Source: Lachnospiraceae bacterium (GTDB taxonomy: Bacteria > Bacillota > Clostridia > Lachnospirales > Lachnospiraceae). Taken from it: DNA of 64,000 nucleotides. How positions within the stretch are numbered: position 1 is the first letter of the stretch; the number at the start of each line of letters is the position of its first letter. Below, piece after piece: positions 28,896-38,262 of the stretch. The DNA lies in assembly GCA_045126515.1 (NCBI GenBank), contig JBGVOM010000216.1, positions 2,187 through 66,186 on the forward strand, written 5' to 3'. Below the pieces are notes generated by a model, which saw only the letters and a list, made by a program, of their open reading frames with translations, searched no databases and had not been told where the DNA came from. Made by a program: the position numbers and the translations under genes.

Positions 28896-29825
28896 ATGAA
28901 AATAATAATGGCAAAACCGTATAAATCATATGACGATTTACTTACATTTCTGCAGAATGACAAAAACCTCATTATCGAAGATATGGACAATGCTAGACAC
29001 ATTCTGACCAAAACCAGTTATTTCTCCCTTATTTCCGGCTATAAAGATATGTTCAAAAACCAAACTACCGGAAACTATATAGACGGCACTACATTTGATG
29101 ATATTTATCGCCTATACCGCTTTGATTACGAACTGCGCAGCCTTTTCTTAAAGTATATGCTTATCGCTGAACGAAGCGTAAAATCCTCTCTTGCATACCA
29201 CTTTTCAGCTACATACGGCGACTTTCAGAAAGAATATGCATCTTTTTCCCATTATGCGGTTACGCCTGCAAACAAAGGGGACATCCAGAAACTTCTTAAT
29301 ATTTTTCGTTACCAGCTAACCCATAATAAAGACCATGCCTATATTAACCACTACAAGTCAAAACATCGTAATGTCCCTCTGTGGATTATGGTGCAGGTGT
29401 TGACAATAGGACAGGTTTCCCATATGTTTGATTATCTGAACGCCTCTGTTCCCATTAAAGTCTGCAATGACTTTCACCAAGTTACCCGAAAGGATATGCA
29501 CTCTTTTCTTTCTGTCATGACAAAGCACAGGAATGTATGTGCCCATGGAGAACGTTTTTTCAATTATGTAACAAAAGACAGTATTACCGACACACTCATC
29601 CATAAAAAATTGCACATTTCACAAATAAACGGACGTTTTCAAAGTGGGAAAAATGATATCTTTTCCGAGGTAATCATCCTGAAATATCTTCTGGATACAG
29701 AAGATTTCCGGAATTTTTATTATGAGTTAAGACATTGCCTGAAAAAGCAAAATCCCAGAAAAGATATATTAGAGATGATGGGCTTTCCCGAAAACTGGAT
29801 GTCAATCATGCGTCTCAAAATCTGA
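28896..29825 (+). CDS. Abi_2-family abortive infection protein (AbiD/AbiF-like)
   Basis: 309 aa. Sequence pattern and length are typical of Abi_2 (AbiD1/AbiF): YDDLLTFLQ, YRFDYELRSLFLKYMLIAERSVKSSLAYHF, NVPLWIMVQVLTIGQVSHMFDYL. Confidence 0.7.
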   Translation: MKIIMAKPYKSYDDLLTFLQNDKNLIIEDMDNARHILTKTSYFSLISGYKDMFKNQTTGNYIDGTTFDDIYRLYRFDYELRSLFLKYMLIAERSVKSSLAYHFSATYGDFQKEYASFSHYAVTPANKGDIQKLLNIFRYQLTHNKDHAYINHYKSKHRNVPLWIMVQVLTIGQVSHMFDYLNASVPIKVCNDFHQVTRKDMHSFLSVMTKHRNVCAHGERFFNYVTKDSITDTLIHKKLHISQINGRFQSGKNDIFSEVIILKYLLDTEDFRNFYYELRHCLKKQNPRKDILEMMGFPENWMSIMRLKI

Positions 29826-30200
29826 TAATCTGCAAAGGAAGAAACATCTTGATTTGTGAAGGGTATATGTCCTTTTGGTTTTGCTTTCGTTTATTTTTCA
29901 TATCTCAAAGCTCTCTTATTTTTGTTAATGCTAATGTTATTGACCGGCTTCAAAACATTCTTCAGTCAGCATTCTCCCCGTTTCAAATATTTCTCAAAGT
30001 TAAATCCCATGCAGTCGATACTTTTTCCGCAAGTACGCTTCCAAAAGTTGCTACCCCAAAAAAGTTTGCGATTTCATCAAAAATTGATAAGATGTTGCGA
30101 TTTTTGCATAAATGTTTGCTAATCAACCTTGACATTTTTACATTTCTAACTTAAATTATAATATATGAATGTAGGCACATTTAAGGGAGGTGGTGTTCAA

Positions 30201-30413
30201 TTGAAAATCAGTTACAAAAAGCTCTGGATATTACTGATTGAAAAGGACATTACACCTGTGACACTTCGTAAAGACTTAAATATTGCAACAGGCACTATGA
30301 CAAAACTGAGGAAGAATGAAGAGGTTGCTTTATCCGTATTATTAAGGATTTGCGAGTACCTTAATTGTAATATTGGAGATATTTGTGATGCTGTGAAAGA
30401 TGACAATGCTTAA
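30201..30413 (+). CDS. Small XRE-family HTH regulator
   Basis: TTG 30201 follows GGGAGG with 10-nt spacing. HTH segment VTLRKDLNIATGTMTKLRKNE. Confidence 0.55.
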   Translation: MKISYKKLWILLIEKDITPVTLRKDLNIATGTMTKLRKNEEVALSVLLRICEYLNCNIGDICDAVKDDNA

Positions 30414-30443
30414 AATTATACTTTCAAACGGAGGAATACTGTA

Positions 30444-31292
30444 ATGGACAATGAAAATGCTAATCGAATAATTAGATTCTGCCCTTATTGCGGAAAAAAT
30501 TTAGATATTGGTGCGAGATTTTGCAAAGAATGTGGACAAGCAATTAGCATGACAAATCCCCAACAATCAGTACCAACTAATAGTTTTGCACAAACACAAT
30601 CAGGTAATCCAACTGAAAGAAAAACGGTTTACGAAGGATATATACATAAATGCCCTAATTGTGGTGAAGTCTTAGAAGCGTTTGTCACACATTGTCCTTC
30701 GTGCGGATATGAAATTCGTGATACCCATTCTTCAAGTTCTGTTAGAGAATTTGCTGCAAAACTCGAAAGAATTGAAGCGAAACAAATGCCTGCTTTTGAG
30801 CAAAAGAAATCTGTAATGAAAATGGTATTTGGGAAGGATTTCCAAAATAAAGACGAAGCAGAGGAAGCAAGGGATGATTTTGAAGAGCAGAAAGAACAGG
30901 AAAAAGCGACACTTATTATAAACTATTCAGTTCCTAATACAAAAGAGGATATATTAGAATTTATGATTTTGGCAGCATCTAATATCAATGTGAAAAAAGG
31001 AATAGATGATGAGGTTACTAAAGCGTGGATTACAAAATTAGAACAGGTATATCAACGTGCTGAAATCTCTATGGGAAGTAACCCTGATTTTTTGCAAATC
31101 AAGAGCATTTATGACCGTAAGAAGAAAGAAATTAAGGATAAGAAGCATAAGACAACCATTGGTGTTGTCGGTGGAATTGCAGGTTGGTTTTTTCTATTAG
31201 GGTTGCTCTGGAATCCTGTAGCGACGATTGGGATAGCGGTTGGCATAATTGTTTTGATTGTTATAGGGTTTGTCCTATTTAAGCGTAAATAA
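30444..31292 (+). CDS. Double zinc-ribbon protein with C-terminal TM anchor
   Basis: Two CxxCG...CxxCG zinc ribbons (FCPYCG..CKECG and CPNCG..CPSCG), a coiled or acidic middle, and two C-terminal TM helices. Confidence 0.5.
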   Translation: MDNENANRIIRFCPYCGKNLDIGARFCKECGQAISMTNPQQSVPTNSFAQTQSGNPTERKTVYEGYIHKCPNCGEVLEAFVTHCPSCGYEIRDTHSSSSVREFAAKLERIEAKQMPAFEQKKSVMKMVFGKDFQNKDEAEEARDDFEEQKEQEKATLIINYSVPNTKEDILEFMILAASNINVKKGIDDEVTKAWITKLEQVYQRAEISMGSNPDFLQIKSIYDRKKKEIKDKKHKTTIGVVGGIAGWFFLLGLLWNPVATIGIAVGIIVLIVIGFVLFKRK

Positions 31293-31313
31293 ACTATAAG
31301 GGAGGAAAAACAA

Positions 31314-32687
31314 ATGGCTTTCTTTGATAGAAATGATAAAACAGGCGGCTTTATGGATGAAATCCGTTGCGATGAGCCTTCATATCTGATATGGAAGTGG
31401 CATCCTTCTGGTTCCCAACTTGGAGAGAATAACAGAGAAAATGCTATACGCTGGGGTTCATCATTAAGAGTTAAGGATGGAGAAGTTGCGGTTTTTGTTT
31501 ACAAACAACAAAATGGAATAATGCAAGATTTCATTGAAGGTCCCTATGACCAAATCATTAAAACAGAGAACTTCCCAATACTTGCAAGTATTGTAGGATT
31601 GGCTTATGAGGGTGGCACTCCTTTTCAGGCAGAGGTTTATTTTATCAATCTTGCCCAGATTATTCAAACAAAATTTGCTGTTCCGTTCTTTGATGTATAT
31701 GATCCAAGATTTGCAGACTTTGGTGTTCCTCTTGCTGTCAGGGGTACTATCAGCTTTAAAATTGAAGATTACAGAGAATTTATTAAACTGCATCGGCTAA
31801 ACACCTTTAATCTTGCAGATTTTCAAACGCAAATTCGTGATGCTGTAAGCAGATATGTGAAAGACACTGTTGCTAATGCTCCTGCAGCTCACAACATTCC
31901 TTTGATACAGATTGAAACAAAGGTATCTCAAATCAACGATGTTATTGAACTTGACCTTGGAGAAAGATTGAGGGAAACCTTTGGAGTCGAAATTTCCGGT
32001 GTTGATGTTGGTGCTATTGAACTTGACAAATCAAGTGAGGGATATCACTCACTTATGAGTGTGACAAAAGATATTGCTGCAGCAACCGCAAAGGCAGAAT
32101 CCGAAGCACGAATTAAGGATATTGCCGCCAAACAGCGTATTGAAGCAGAGAACTACGAGGAAACTCTGCGTATTCAGAGAGAAGAAGGTCAATATGCTCA
32201 ACATAAGCAAACACAATCGTCTAACATTGGTGCTTTCCAAGTTGAAAAGCAAGCAGAAGTTGGTGTTGCAGGAGCTGAAGCATTGGGACAGATGGGGGCT
32301 AATGGTGCTGGTGATATAAATCTCGGCAGTGGCGGAGACGGCTTTAATATGGCGGCAATGATGGCAAGTATGGCTGTTGGCGGTGCGGTCGGGCAAAACA
32401 TTGCCGGTTCTATGAATAATATGATGCAGGGCATCAATCAACCTGTCCAGACAGACATTACACCTCCACCGATTCCAACGTCGGCTTATAATGTAGCGGT
32501 CAACGGTCAGGCAACCGGACCATTTGATATTAGCATATTGAAGCAAATGGCTATTGCCGGACAATTCAAGGCAAGCAGCTTGGTGTGGAAGTCAGGAATG
32601 GAAACTTGGTTAAGGGCGGACTCTGTCGATGAATTAAAGGATTTGTTCAAAAATGTAATGCCGCCAATCCCAACGACAGAAGAATAA
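31314..32687 (+). CDS. SPFH/band-7-like protein (COG4260 'virion core protein-like') with C-terminal DUF4339/GYF-like domain
   Basis: The N-terminal roughly 250 aa resemble COG4260 SPFH proteins (assignment from memory, unverified). Then a Gly/Ala/Met-rich linker. The C-terminus is GPFDISILKQMAIAGQFKASSLVWKSGMETWLRADSV. Confidence 0.5.
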   Translation: MAFFDRNDKTGGFMDEIRCDEPSYLIWKWHPSGSQLGENNRENAIRWGSSLRVKDGEVAVFVYKQQNGIMQDFIEGPYDQIIKTENFPILASIVGLAYEGGTPFQAEVYFINLAQIIQTKFAVPFFDVYDPRFADFGVPLAVRGTISFKIEDYREFIKLHRLNTFNLADFQTQIRDAVSRYVKDTVANAPAAHNIPLIQIETKVSQINDVIELDLGERLRETFGVEISGVDVGAIELDKSSEGYHSLMSVTKDIAAATAKAESEARIKDIAAKQRIEAENYEETLRIQREEGQYAQHKQTQSSNIGAFQVEKQAEVGVAGAEALGQMGANGAGDINLGSGGDGFNMAAMMASMAVGGAVGQNIAGSMNNMMQGINQPVQTDITPPPIPTSAYNVAVNGQATGPFDISILKQMAIAGQFKASSLVWKSGMETWLRADSVDELKDLFKNVMPPIPTTEE

Positions 32688-32703
32688 CGAGGAGGAATGA
32701 ATT

Positions 32704-34740
32704 ATGAAGTGTCTTAAATGTGGTGCTGAATTAAGCGAAGATACGAAATTTTGCTCTTATTGTGGAGCTAAAGTGGAAGCACAAACTGAAATACCACCGA
32801 TTCCGCCTGAAGCTGAAAAAGCGGAAGAACCTAAAATGGAAGAAAAATATTCTTATCAAAATAATACGATTAATACTACTTCTCTCACTTCAAAACCGAC
32901 AAGCAATGCTGATAAGATTAAAACTAAATTTCTTGGCATTTGGAACAAATTAAGCAAATTCGGAAAAATTGCAGCAATCGGTATTACGGTATTTGTGATT
33001 CTAGGGCTTGTGGCTTTCCTTGCAGGCAGAATTTTTGCAGGTATTCTTGCTGTCGTACAAATTGCTATCGTGATAGTTGCAATATTGATGAAAAAGCAGA
33101 TTATCAAAGTTCCTAGGACTTGGATACCATTGGTGCCTATTGTGTTGTCTTTCGTGCTCATAGTTCCGTATTTTGGCTTGTTTAAGGTGAATATGGCTGA
33201 CTACGAAAAATATGCGTGGAATGAAGTTGTGCTTGCCGATATGCTTCCTAAGCCTAAATCTCCTTATGGCGAAATCATTTCAAATTCAGAAGATTATCTG
33301 TCTTTAGACGTAACAAAAACAAGTGAAGAGCAATATGGTAAATACATAGAAGACTGCAAAAACAAAGGTTTTACGATTGATGCTGAAACAACGGGAAGCT
33401 TTTTCTGTGCTTACAATGATAAAGGGTATAAATTGTCACTAAGCTATTATGACAATAAAATGCATATTGGTCTTGATGCCGCTATGGAGTTAGGTACGCT
33501 TACTTGGTCTGACAGTGAAATGGCGAAATTACTTCCTGTTCCTAAATCAACCATTGGAAATATTCGGCAAGATGATGAAAAAGGCTTCGTTGCTTATATT
33601 GGTGAAACAACCATTGATGAATATAATGCCTATGTGGAAGCTTGTGAAGATAAGGGATTTACTGTTGACGCTAACAAAACAGAAAAACTATATTCAGCTA
33701 AGAATGAAGATGCCTATAAACTTTCGGTTGAGTATAAGGGAAACAATATGATTTACATTTCAGTTGATGAACCGGAATTTGATGTGAGCATTGAAATTGA
33801 GTGTGTTGAAAATTTAATTTTCAGCAAATATGATGTTGAAACATATATTGATGGTGATCATAAAGGAACTATTTCTCATGGTGATAAAGAAAAATATTCT
33901 GAAGTATTGACAAAAGGAAAGCATACAATTAGTTTTCAGAGTGCCGAAGACGATACTCTTGATGGAGAAATTGAAGTTGATATTTCAAAGAGCGAAACAC
34001 TAAAATTGAAGATTTCCTGTTCAAGTTCCGGTATTAACATTGATCTAATTGCAGGCACAACAAATGACAATCCGGAAGAAAATAAATCAACTGAAACTGA
34101 AGATTCAACAATCGTTGTAACTATGAGCGAAGATGATTTCATAGGTATGCACTATACCGATGCAGAAGCGAAACTTCGAGAAATGGGTTTCGCAGTGTTT
34201 GAATATGAAACCCTTGAAACCGAAGATATTAACGAACCTGATGATACAATTGGTGCGGTCGAGATAAAAAATTGGGAGTTTGGTAAGGGTGATTTTGCTG
34301 TTGGCGATACCTATGAAACAGATGCTATTGTTGTTTTGTGGTATTATGTTTGCGATGAACCAGAACCAAATCTGACAGTAGACAACTGTCCAGAACTTGT
34401 AGCAATATTGGCTAATAAAGCAGAAATAGATGAATCTTATTCTTCTTTTGCTACTAAGTATAATGGTAGAATCATTGAGTTCGATGGTAGAATAGATTAC
34501 TGCACAAAACACGGAAATTGTAATACAAGATTTGATTATCTTGTGAGTGCAGGCGATTATGACCCTGACCATCAAATAGGTCCGACATTCAAATTTGAAG
34601 ATGTAAATTATTCTGATTTGAATACTGATTTGGAAACTGTAAGCGTTGGTTTGAATGTTCATATTGTAGCAGAGGTAAAATCATTTGATAGCAACAGTGG
34701 ACTTTTCTATTTGGAGCCAATTGCAGTAACAAAAAGATAA
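32704..34740 (+). CDS. Zinc-ribbon membrane protein with large extracytoplasmic repeat domain
   Basis: N-terminal zinc ribbon CLKCGA..CSYCGA, two TM helices, two internal modules of about 75 aa each (…CKNKGFTIDAETTG… / …CEDKGFTVDANKTE…), and a PASTA-like segment. Confidence 0.5.
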   Translation: MKCLKCGAELSEDTKFCSYCGAKVEAQTEIPPIPPEAEKAEEPKMEEKYSYQNNTINTTSLTSKPTSNADKIKTKFLGIWNKLSKFGKIAAIGITVFVILGLVAFLAGRIFAGILAVVQIAIVIVAILMKKQIIKVPRTWIPLVPIVLSFVLIVPYFGLFKVNMADYEKYAWNEVVLADMLPKPKSPYGEIISNSEDYLSLDVTKTSEEQYGKYIEDCKNKGFTIDAETTGSFFCAYNDKGYKLSLSYYDNKMHIGLDAAMELGTLTWSDSEMAKLLPVPKSTIGNIRQDDEKGFVAYIGETTIDEYNAYVEACEDKGFTVDANKTEKLYSAKNEDAYKLSVEYKGNNMIYISVDEPEFDVSIEIECVENLIFSKYDVETYIDGDHKGTISHGDKEKYSEVLTKGKHTISFQSAEDDTLDGEIEVDISKSETLKLKISCSSSGINIDLIAGTTNDNPEENKSTETEDSTIVVTMSEDDFIGMHYTDAEAKLREMGFAVFEYETLETEDINEPDDTIGAVEIKNWEFGKGDFAVGDTYETDAIVVLWYYVCDEPEPNLTVDNCPELVAILANKAEIDESYSSFATKYNGRIIEFDGRIDYCTKHGNCNTRFDYLVSAGDYDPDHQIGPTFKFEDVNYSDLNTDLETVSVGLNVHIVAEVKSFDSNSGLFYLEPIAVTKR

Positions 34741-34955
34741 ATCGAAAATGGTTGATAACAGCATTTCAGGTAAGAATAAGATGATATAGGACACTGAGGT
34801 TGAATACCTGCCCTCATTGCAACGAAAGTATAACAGACACTATTTGATTCAGTAGCATTGCTAAGGACTGCGTAACAGAGGTCTGTGATTACGAATGTTC
34901 AGAATGCGGTGAATGTAGCAATTTGAATGTTAATCTATATTAAGGAGTGAACACT

Positions 34956-35186
34956 ATGGAATATTGTATTGATTGCGGTGCAGAAATGAAGTATATCGGA
35001 AACAGAGAATGGGAATGTACCAAGTGCCACACCATTTACGAAATCGAAGGTATCGATTATGATGATGAAGACGAAGATGGTGAGAGATTGAGTGTATACG
35101 ACGCAGCACCAATTTGGGCATCACATGGTAAGGATGAGGATTATATGTTCGGTTATACTGAAGAAGAACTCGAAGACGCACTTTAA
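34956..35186 (+). CDS. Small acidic zinc-ribbon protein
   Basis: 76 aa. Strong RBS TAAGGAG. CIDCG...CTKC. Very acidic, with a DYDDEDEDGE run. Confidence 0.45.
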   Translation: MEYCIDCGAEMKYIGNREWECTKCHTIYEIEGIDYDDEDEDGERLSVYDAAPIWASHGKDEDYMFGYTEEELEDAL

Positions 35187-35200
35187 GGAGGAATGAACAA

Positions 35201-35410
35201 ATGGCAGGTTTAAAAGGTTGGAAAAAAGCATTGAAAGATGCAGTTGATTATCCGTGGGACAGTGATATTGATTCGGATCATCCCGAATGTCCCAACTGCG
35301 GCAACATAATGGATTTTAATGGTCACGATGATATGGGGGATTTCGCTTTTGGTGAAGGCTACTGGGAATGTGGCAGTTGTGGCTTCAAAGTAACTGAGAA
35401 CGATCTGTAA
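35201..35410 (+). CDS. Small acidic zinc-ribbon protein
   Basis: 69 aa. RBS TAAGGAGG. CPNCG...CGSCG. Confidence 0.45.
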   Translation: MAGLKGWKKALKDAVDYPWDSDIDSDHPECPNCGNIMDFNGHDDMGDFAFGEGYWECGSCGFKVTENDL

Positions 35411-35451
35411 TACATATATATTAATCTGAGAAACAAATGTATGTCCAAATG

Positions 35452-35493
35452 CAAAAACTCCTTACTTCCCGGTGTGGTGGTAAGGAGTTTTTA
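35452..35493. terminator. Rho-independent terminator (aactccttac / gtaaggagtt, 14-nt loop, U-rich tail)
   Basis: Read directly. Confidence 0.6.
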
Positions 35494-35570
35494 TACCCAT
35501 ATCCTCCATGACAATACATGAGTCACGTTTGCAGGGATGTGCATTTTTGCATCCATTTTATGACTGATTT

Positions 35571-36221
35571 CTAATAATATCCCCTTGCTTCCCTCCATCC
35601 CCTCACATAACATCTGATTCCAACATAGACTGCCTGCACGAGTAACAGAATAAGCAGGATATTTAACGGCAGTATCGTCTTTATCCATTTTCCAAAGAAA
35701 ATCACAGCCACAATACTTGCCAGCGTCACCATTATAGTAAGTATGTCCATGCAGTTCCTCTTGTAAAGCCTGGCAATCTTTATTCCCGCAAAAACCGCCA
35801 ATGCTCCGGTACCTGCCGCACAGCCGCCGGCAATCAGTATCATTGTCAGCCAATACACAATTCCTGCAATGGCGGTATTTGAGATTCTGTTACTAATCTG
35901 TGCAGCCGCTTTCCCTGCATGGATAACCCATCCTGAAGCCATCTGCAAAAATCCCCATGATTTATTGAGGAATATCCTGCAATCAGAAATAAATGCTTCC
36001 GACTGCACCGCCTGAAAGATGGTGGTTGTAAGAGAGTACCATACTAGCAGGAACATTGTGGTTCCATACCTGGCAGTTTTTGCCTTGTACCTGCCTGCAA
36101 GTTTTTCCCTCTGCCTTTCGTACTTATCCTTCGCTTTCTGGCAGGCTGTTTGGTTACAGATTCTACATTTTTCATAGAGTACCGGCTTTTCAACCGGTAC
36201 CTCTACTTTCTTCTGGTGCAT
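35571..36221 (-). CDS. Hypothetical membrane protein with N-terminal Cys cluster
   Basis: 216 aa. CRICNQTAC near the N-terminus and four clear TM helices. The RBS is weak. Confidence 0.45.
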   Translation of the reverse strand: MHQKKVEVPVEKPVLYEKCRICNQTACQKAKDKYERQREKLAGRYKAKTARYGTTMFLLVWYSLTTTIFQAVQSEAFISDCRIFLNKSWGFLQMASGWVIHAGKAAAQISNRISNTAIAGIVYWLTMILIAGGCAAGTGALAVFAGIKIARLYKRNCMDILTIMVTLASIVAVIFFGKWIKTILPLNILLILLLVQAVYVGIRCYVRGWREARGYY

Positions 36222-36250
36222 CAGGGCATAATCCAGGTAAGGAGCTTAAA

Positions 36251-38011
36251 ATTGGAACGAAAGCGGTGATTCGAAGAAAAAATGGAACTTCGTTTCGAGA
36301 GTTTGCCTTATTTGTTCATGACTTTGCCCTTTTGTTTGACAGAGAAGGCAATGCTTTAAATCCGCCGAAGGTTCCGGGTTCTCATGACGATCCGGGTGTT
36401 ATGGGAATCAATTATCGCTGTGAACCTATGAGAGAAAGGCTAAAATGTCACAAGGATGCAGCCTATGTATTTAGTTCCATTATCCATGGGGATCCTGCCA
36501 CACCGATATTAGAAACTTATCCGGGAGATGAAATCATCATACGTCTTTTAGACGGCGCCCATGAAGAACAGCATTGTTTCAATATTACAGGTATGTCCTG
36601 GCGAAAAGAGATTGCTGACATTCACTCACCAATGACAGCCTCTCAAACCATCGGAATTTCAGAAGTCTTTAATGTAAGAATCGAAGAAGGATATGGTCCC
36701 GGGGATTATCTGTATTATTATGGCGGTATTGATGACGTATGGCTTGGTCTGTGGGGAATTATCCGGGTTTATGGTAAAGTGTGCAAAAAGTTGAAACCAT
36801 TGTGTAAACCTACGAATCAGATTTTCCCTTTACCTCCATGTCCGGGAAAGGGTGCGGTAATCAGAAAATATGAAATTGCGGCAATTCAGACAAAGATTCA
36901 ATACAATAAGCATGGAGACCATGATCCCAATGGACTGGTGTTTGTTCCGGTAGAAGACGTGGCGTTGGTACTTTCCGGAAAGAAAAATCCAAAACCATTA
37001 ATTCTACGTGCCAACGCAGGGGATTGGATAGAGGTGACACTGCACAACATGTTTTCCAAAAAGGAGCCTATTCCTTATTTTGATTATCCGAAAGTACCGC
37101 TGGATATGGAATATCAGCCTTCAGAGAGAGTTTCCTTAAATCCCCAGTTTTTGCAGTATGATAATCTGTGTGATTCAGGAATTAATGTAGGATATAACAA
37201 TAAAGAACAGACGGTGGGACCGGGGGAAAGCAAAAAATACCTGTGGTATGCGGATAAAGAATATGGTGCTTGCAATGTGCAGTCCTTTGGTGATTTGAGA
37301 AATCACAGGTATCACGGATTGTTTGGAGCTATCATTATAGAACCGGTGGGAGCAAAATGGTATGGTGATACATGGATGAAAGAAAATATTTATGAGGAGC
37401 AGGCAGTGATAGAAGCATCGGGTGTGGAGACTTTCCGGGAATTTGTAGTCCTGATACAAAATGGTATCCGCCTTCTGGATGAAAATGGAGAGTTGATTCA
37501 AACAACAGCGACAGAGCCTGGAGAGGAACCGGATGCAGAGGACACCGGGGAGAAGGAATATAATTACCGTTCTGAGCGGTTTGCTAACCGGTTAAAAAGA
37601 AATTCCGCAATTTCACAGGTATTTAGCAGCAGGGTACATGGAGATCCGGCAACGCCTGTGTTTAAAGCATATTCCGGGGAACGTGTTATTTTCAGAACCC
37701 TGATGCCTGCAGATAAGCCAAGAAATGTTAGTTTTGCAGTTCATGGGCATCAATGGAAAGAGCAACCGGAGGACTATTATTCCAGACGAATTCCCCTACA
37801 GGGAGCTGTCAGCATAGGAAACAAATTTGATATAGAATTAGAAGACGGCGCCTCCTGTCCGGGAGATTATCTGTATCGTTCGGGAAGTTTAAAGTGGGAT
37901 GTGGAATCCGGCATGTGGGGAATTTTCAGGGTGATGAAGGAAAGCCTGAAGTGTAAGTGTGTGAATAAGTGCAGGAAGATGGCTTGCTGTTGGGGGAAGA
38001 GAGGGAAGTAG
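36251..38011 (+). CDS. Multicopper-oxidase-like (cupredoxin-fold) protein with degenerate metal ligands; no canonical start, probably 5'-truncated remnant
   Basis: Two internal repeats end in GDYLYYYGG...WGIIRVY and GDYLYRSGS...ESGMWGIFRV. These sit where MCOs have W.YHCH...GM..F. No in-frame ATG/GTG/TTG follows the AAGGAG at 36239; only ATT at 36251 is available. Upstream in-frame sequence back to 36056 is low-complexity and overlaps the minus-strand gene. Confidence 0.35.
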   Translation: MGTKAVIRRKNGTSFREFALFVHDFALLFDREGNALNPPKVPGSHDDPGVMGINYRCEPMRERLKCHKDAAYVFSSIIHGDPATPILETYPGDEIIIRLLDGAHEEQHCFNITGMSWRKEIADIHSPMTASQTIGISEVFNVRIEEGYGPGDYLYYYGGIDDVWLGLWGIIRVYGKVCKKLKPLCKPTNQIFPLPPCPGKGAVIRKYEIAAIQTKIQYNKHGDHDPNGLVFVPVEDVALVLSGKKNPKPLILRANAGDWIEVTLHNMFSKKEPIPYFDYPKVPLDMEYQPSERVSLNPQFLQYDNLCDSGINVGYNNKEQTVGPGESKKYLWYADKEYGACNVQSFGDLRNHRYHGLFGAIIIEPVGAKWYGDTWMKENIYEEQAVIEASGVETFREFVVLIQNGIRLLDENGELIQTTATEPGEEPDAEDTGEKEYNYRSERFANRLKRNSAISQVFSSRVHGDPATPVFKAYSGERVIFRTLMPADKPRNVSFAVHGHQWKEQPEDYYSRRIPLQGAVSIGNKFDIELEDGASCPGDYLYRSGSLKWDVESGMWGIFRVMKESLKCKCVNKCRKMACCWGKRGK

Positions 38012-38177
38012 GTAATAATTGCTAATTTAGTGAAGTTGTTTGTGTTGTTTGGGAGTAGTGTAAAATCGTAGATTATTAAAACATAACGTAGTCCCTCTGT
38101 TCTAACGAACAAAATTAGCATTTTGTAGAAAAAATATGCTTGTACAGATAGGAGTATAGGTTGTATAATTAGATAAA

Positions 38178-38262
38178 ATAAAAAAGGCTAAAAAGCCTTT
38201 TTTAAAGCACCAATGTGCGTAAACAATGTCGGTTAAAACCTTATTTGCACTCACCTTGTAAG
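38178..38262 (-). ncRNA. tracrRNA: Predicted tracrRNA (anti-repeat + nexus GGUU-UU-AACC + terminator)
   Basis: Minus strand reads CUUACAAGGUGAGUGCAAAUAAGGUUUUAACCG... CUUACAAGGU pairs with repeat nt 9-18. GAGUG forms a bulge. CAAAU pairs with repeat nt 1-5. AAUAAGG and the nexus resemble SpCas9 tracrRNA. It ends in the hairpin aaggct/agcctt plus U6. Confidence 0.65.

Noticed and set aside
28639-28899. 86-aa ORF upstream of abi
   Set aside because: It overlaps the predicted promoter and attenuator hairpins, has no RBS and an odd composition, and is probably leader RNA.
2235-34662. Numerous antisense or alternate-frame track ORFs inside well-supported genes (for example 3340-3567, 9469-9708, 23845-24198, 32049-32564, 34105-34662, 37175-37501, 58620-59087)
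   Set aside because: They are embedded in stronger same-locus genes with recognisable domains and have no independent RBS or domain signal.
30201-35410. Zinc-ribbon/SPFH cluster plus small HTH as a prophage anti-CRISPR (acr-aca) locus
   Set aside because: There is no integrase or other phage structural or replication genes, and the HTH precedes rather than follows the small genes. Acr-like behaviour of the two acidic proteins is kept only as a low-confidence idea.
35491-35853. 120-aa minus-strand ORF
   Set aside because: It is an alternative frame overlapping the 35571-36221 membrane-protein gene and the terminator. It has no RBS and an Arg/Cys-rich junk composition.
36056-36250. ATG at 36056 as start of the multicopper-oxidase-like ORF
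   Set aside because: The encoded N-terminus is low-complexity (MWFHTWQFLPCTCLQVFP...) and sits antisense to a well-formed membrane-protein gene. It is more likely read-through of a truncated remnant.
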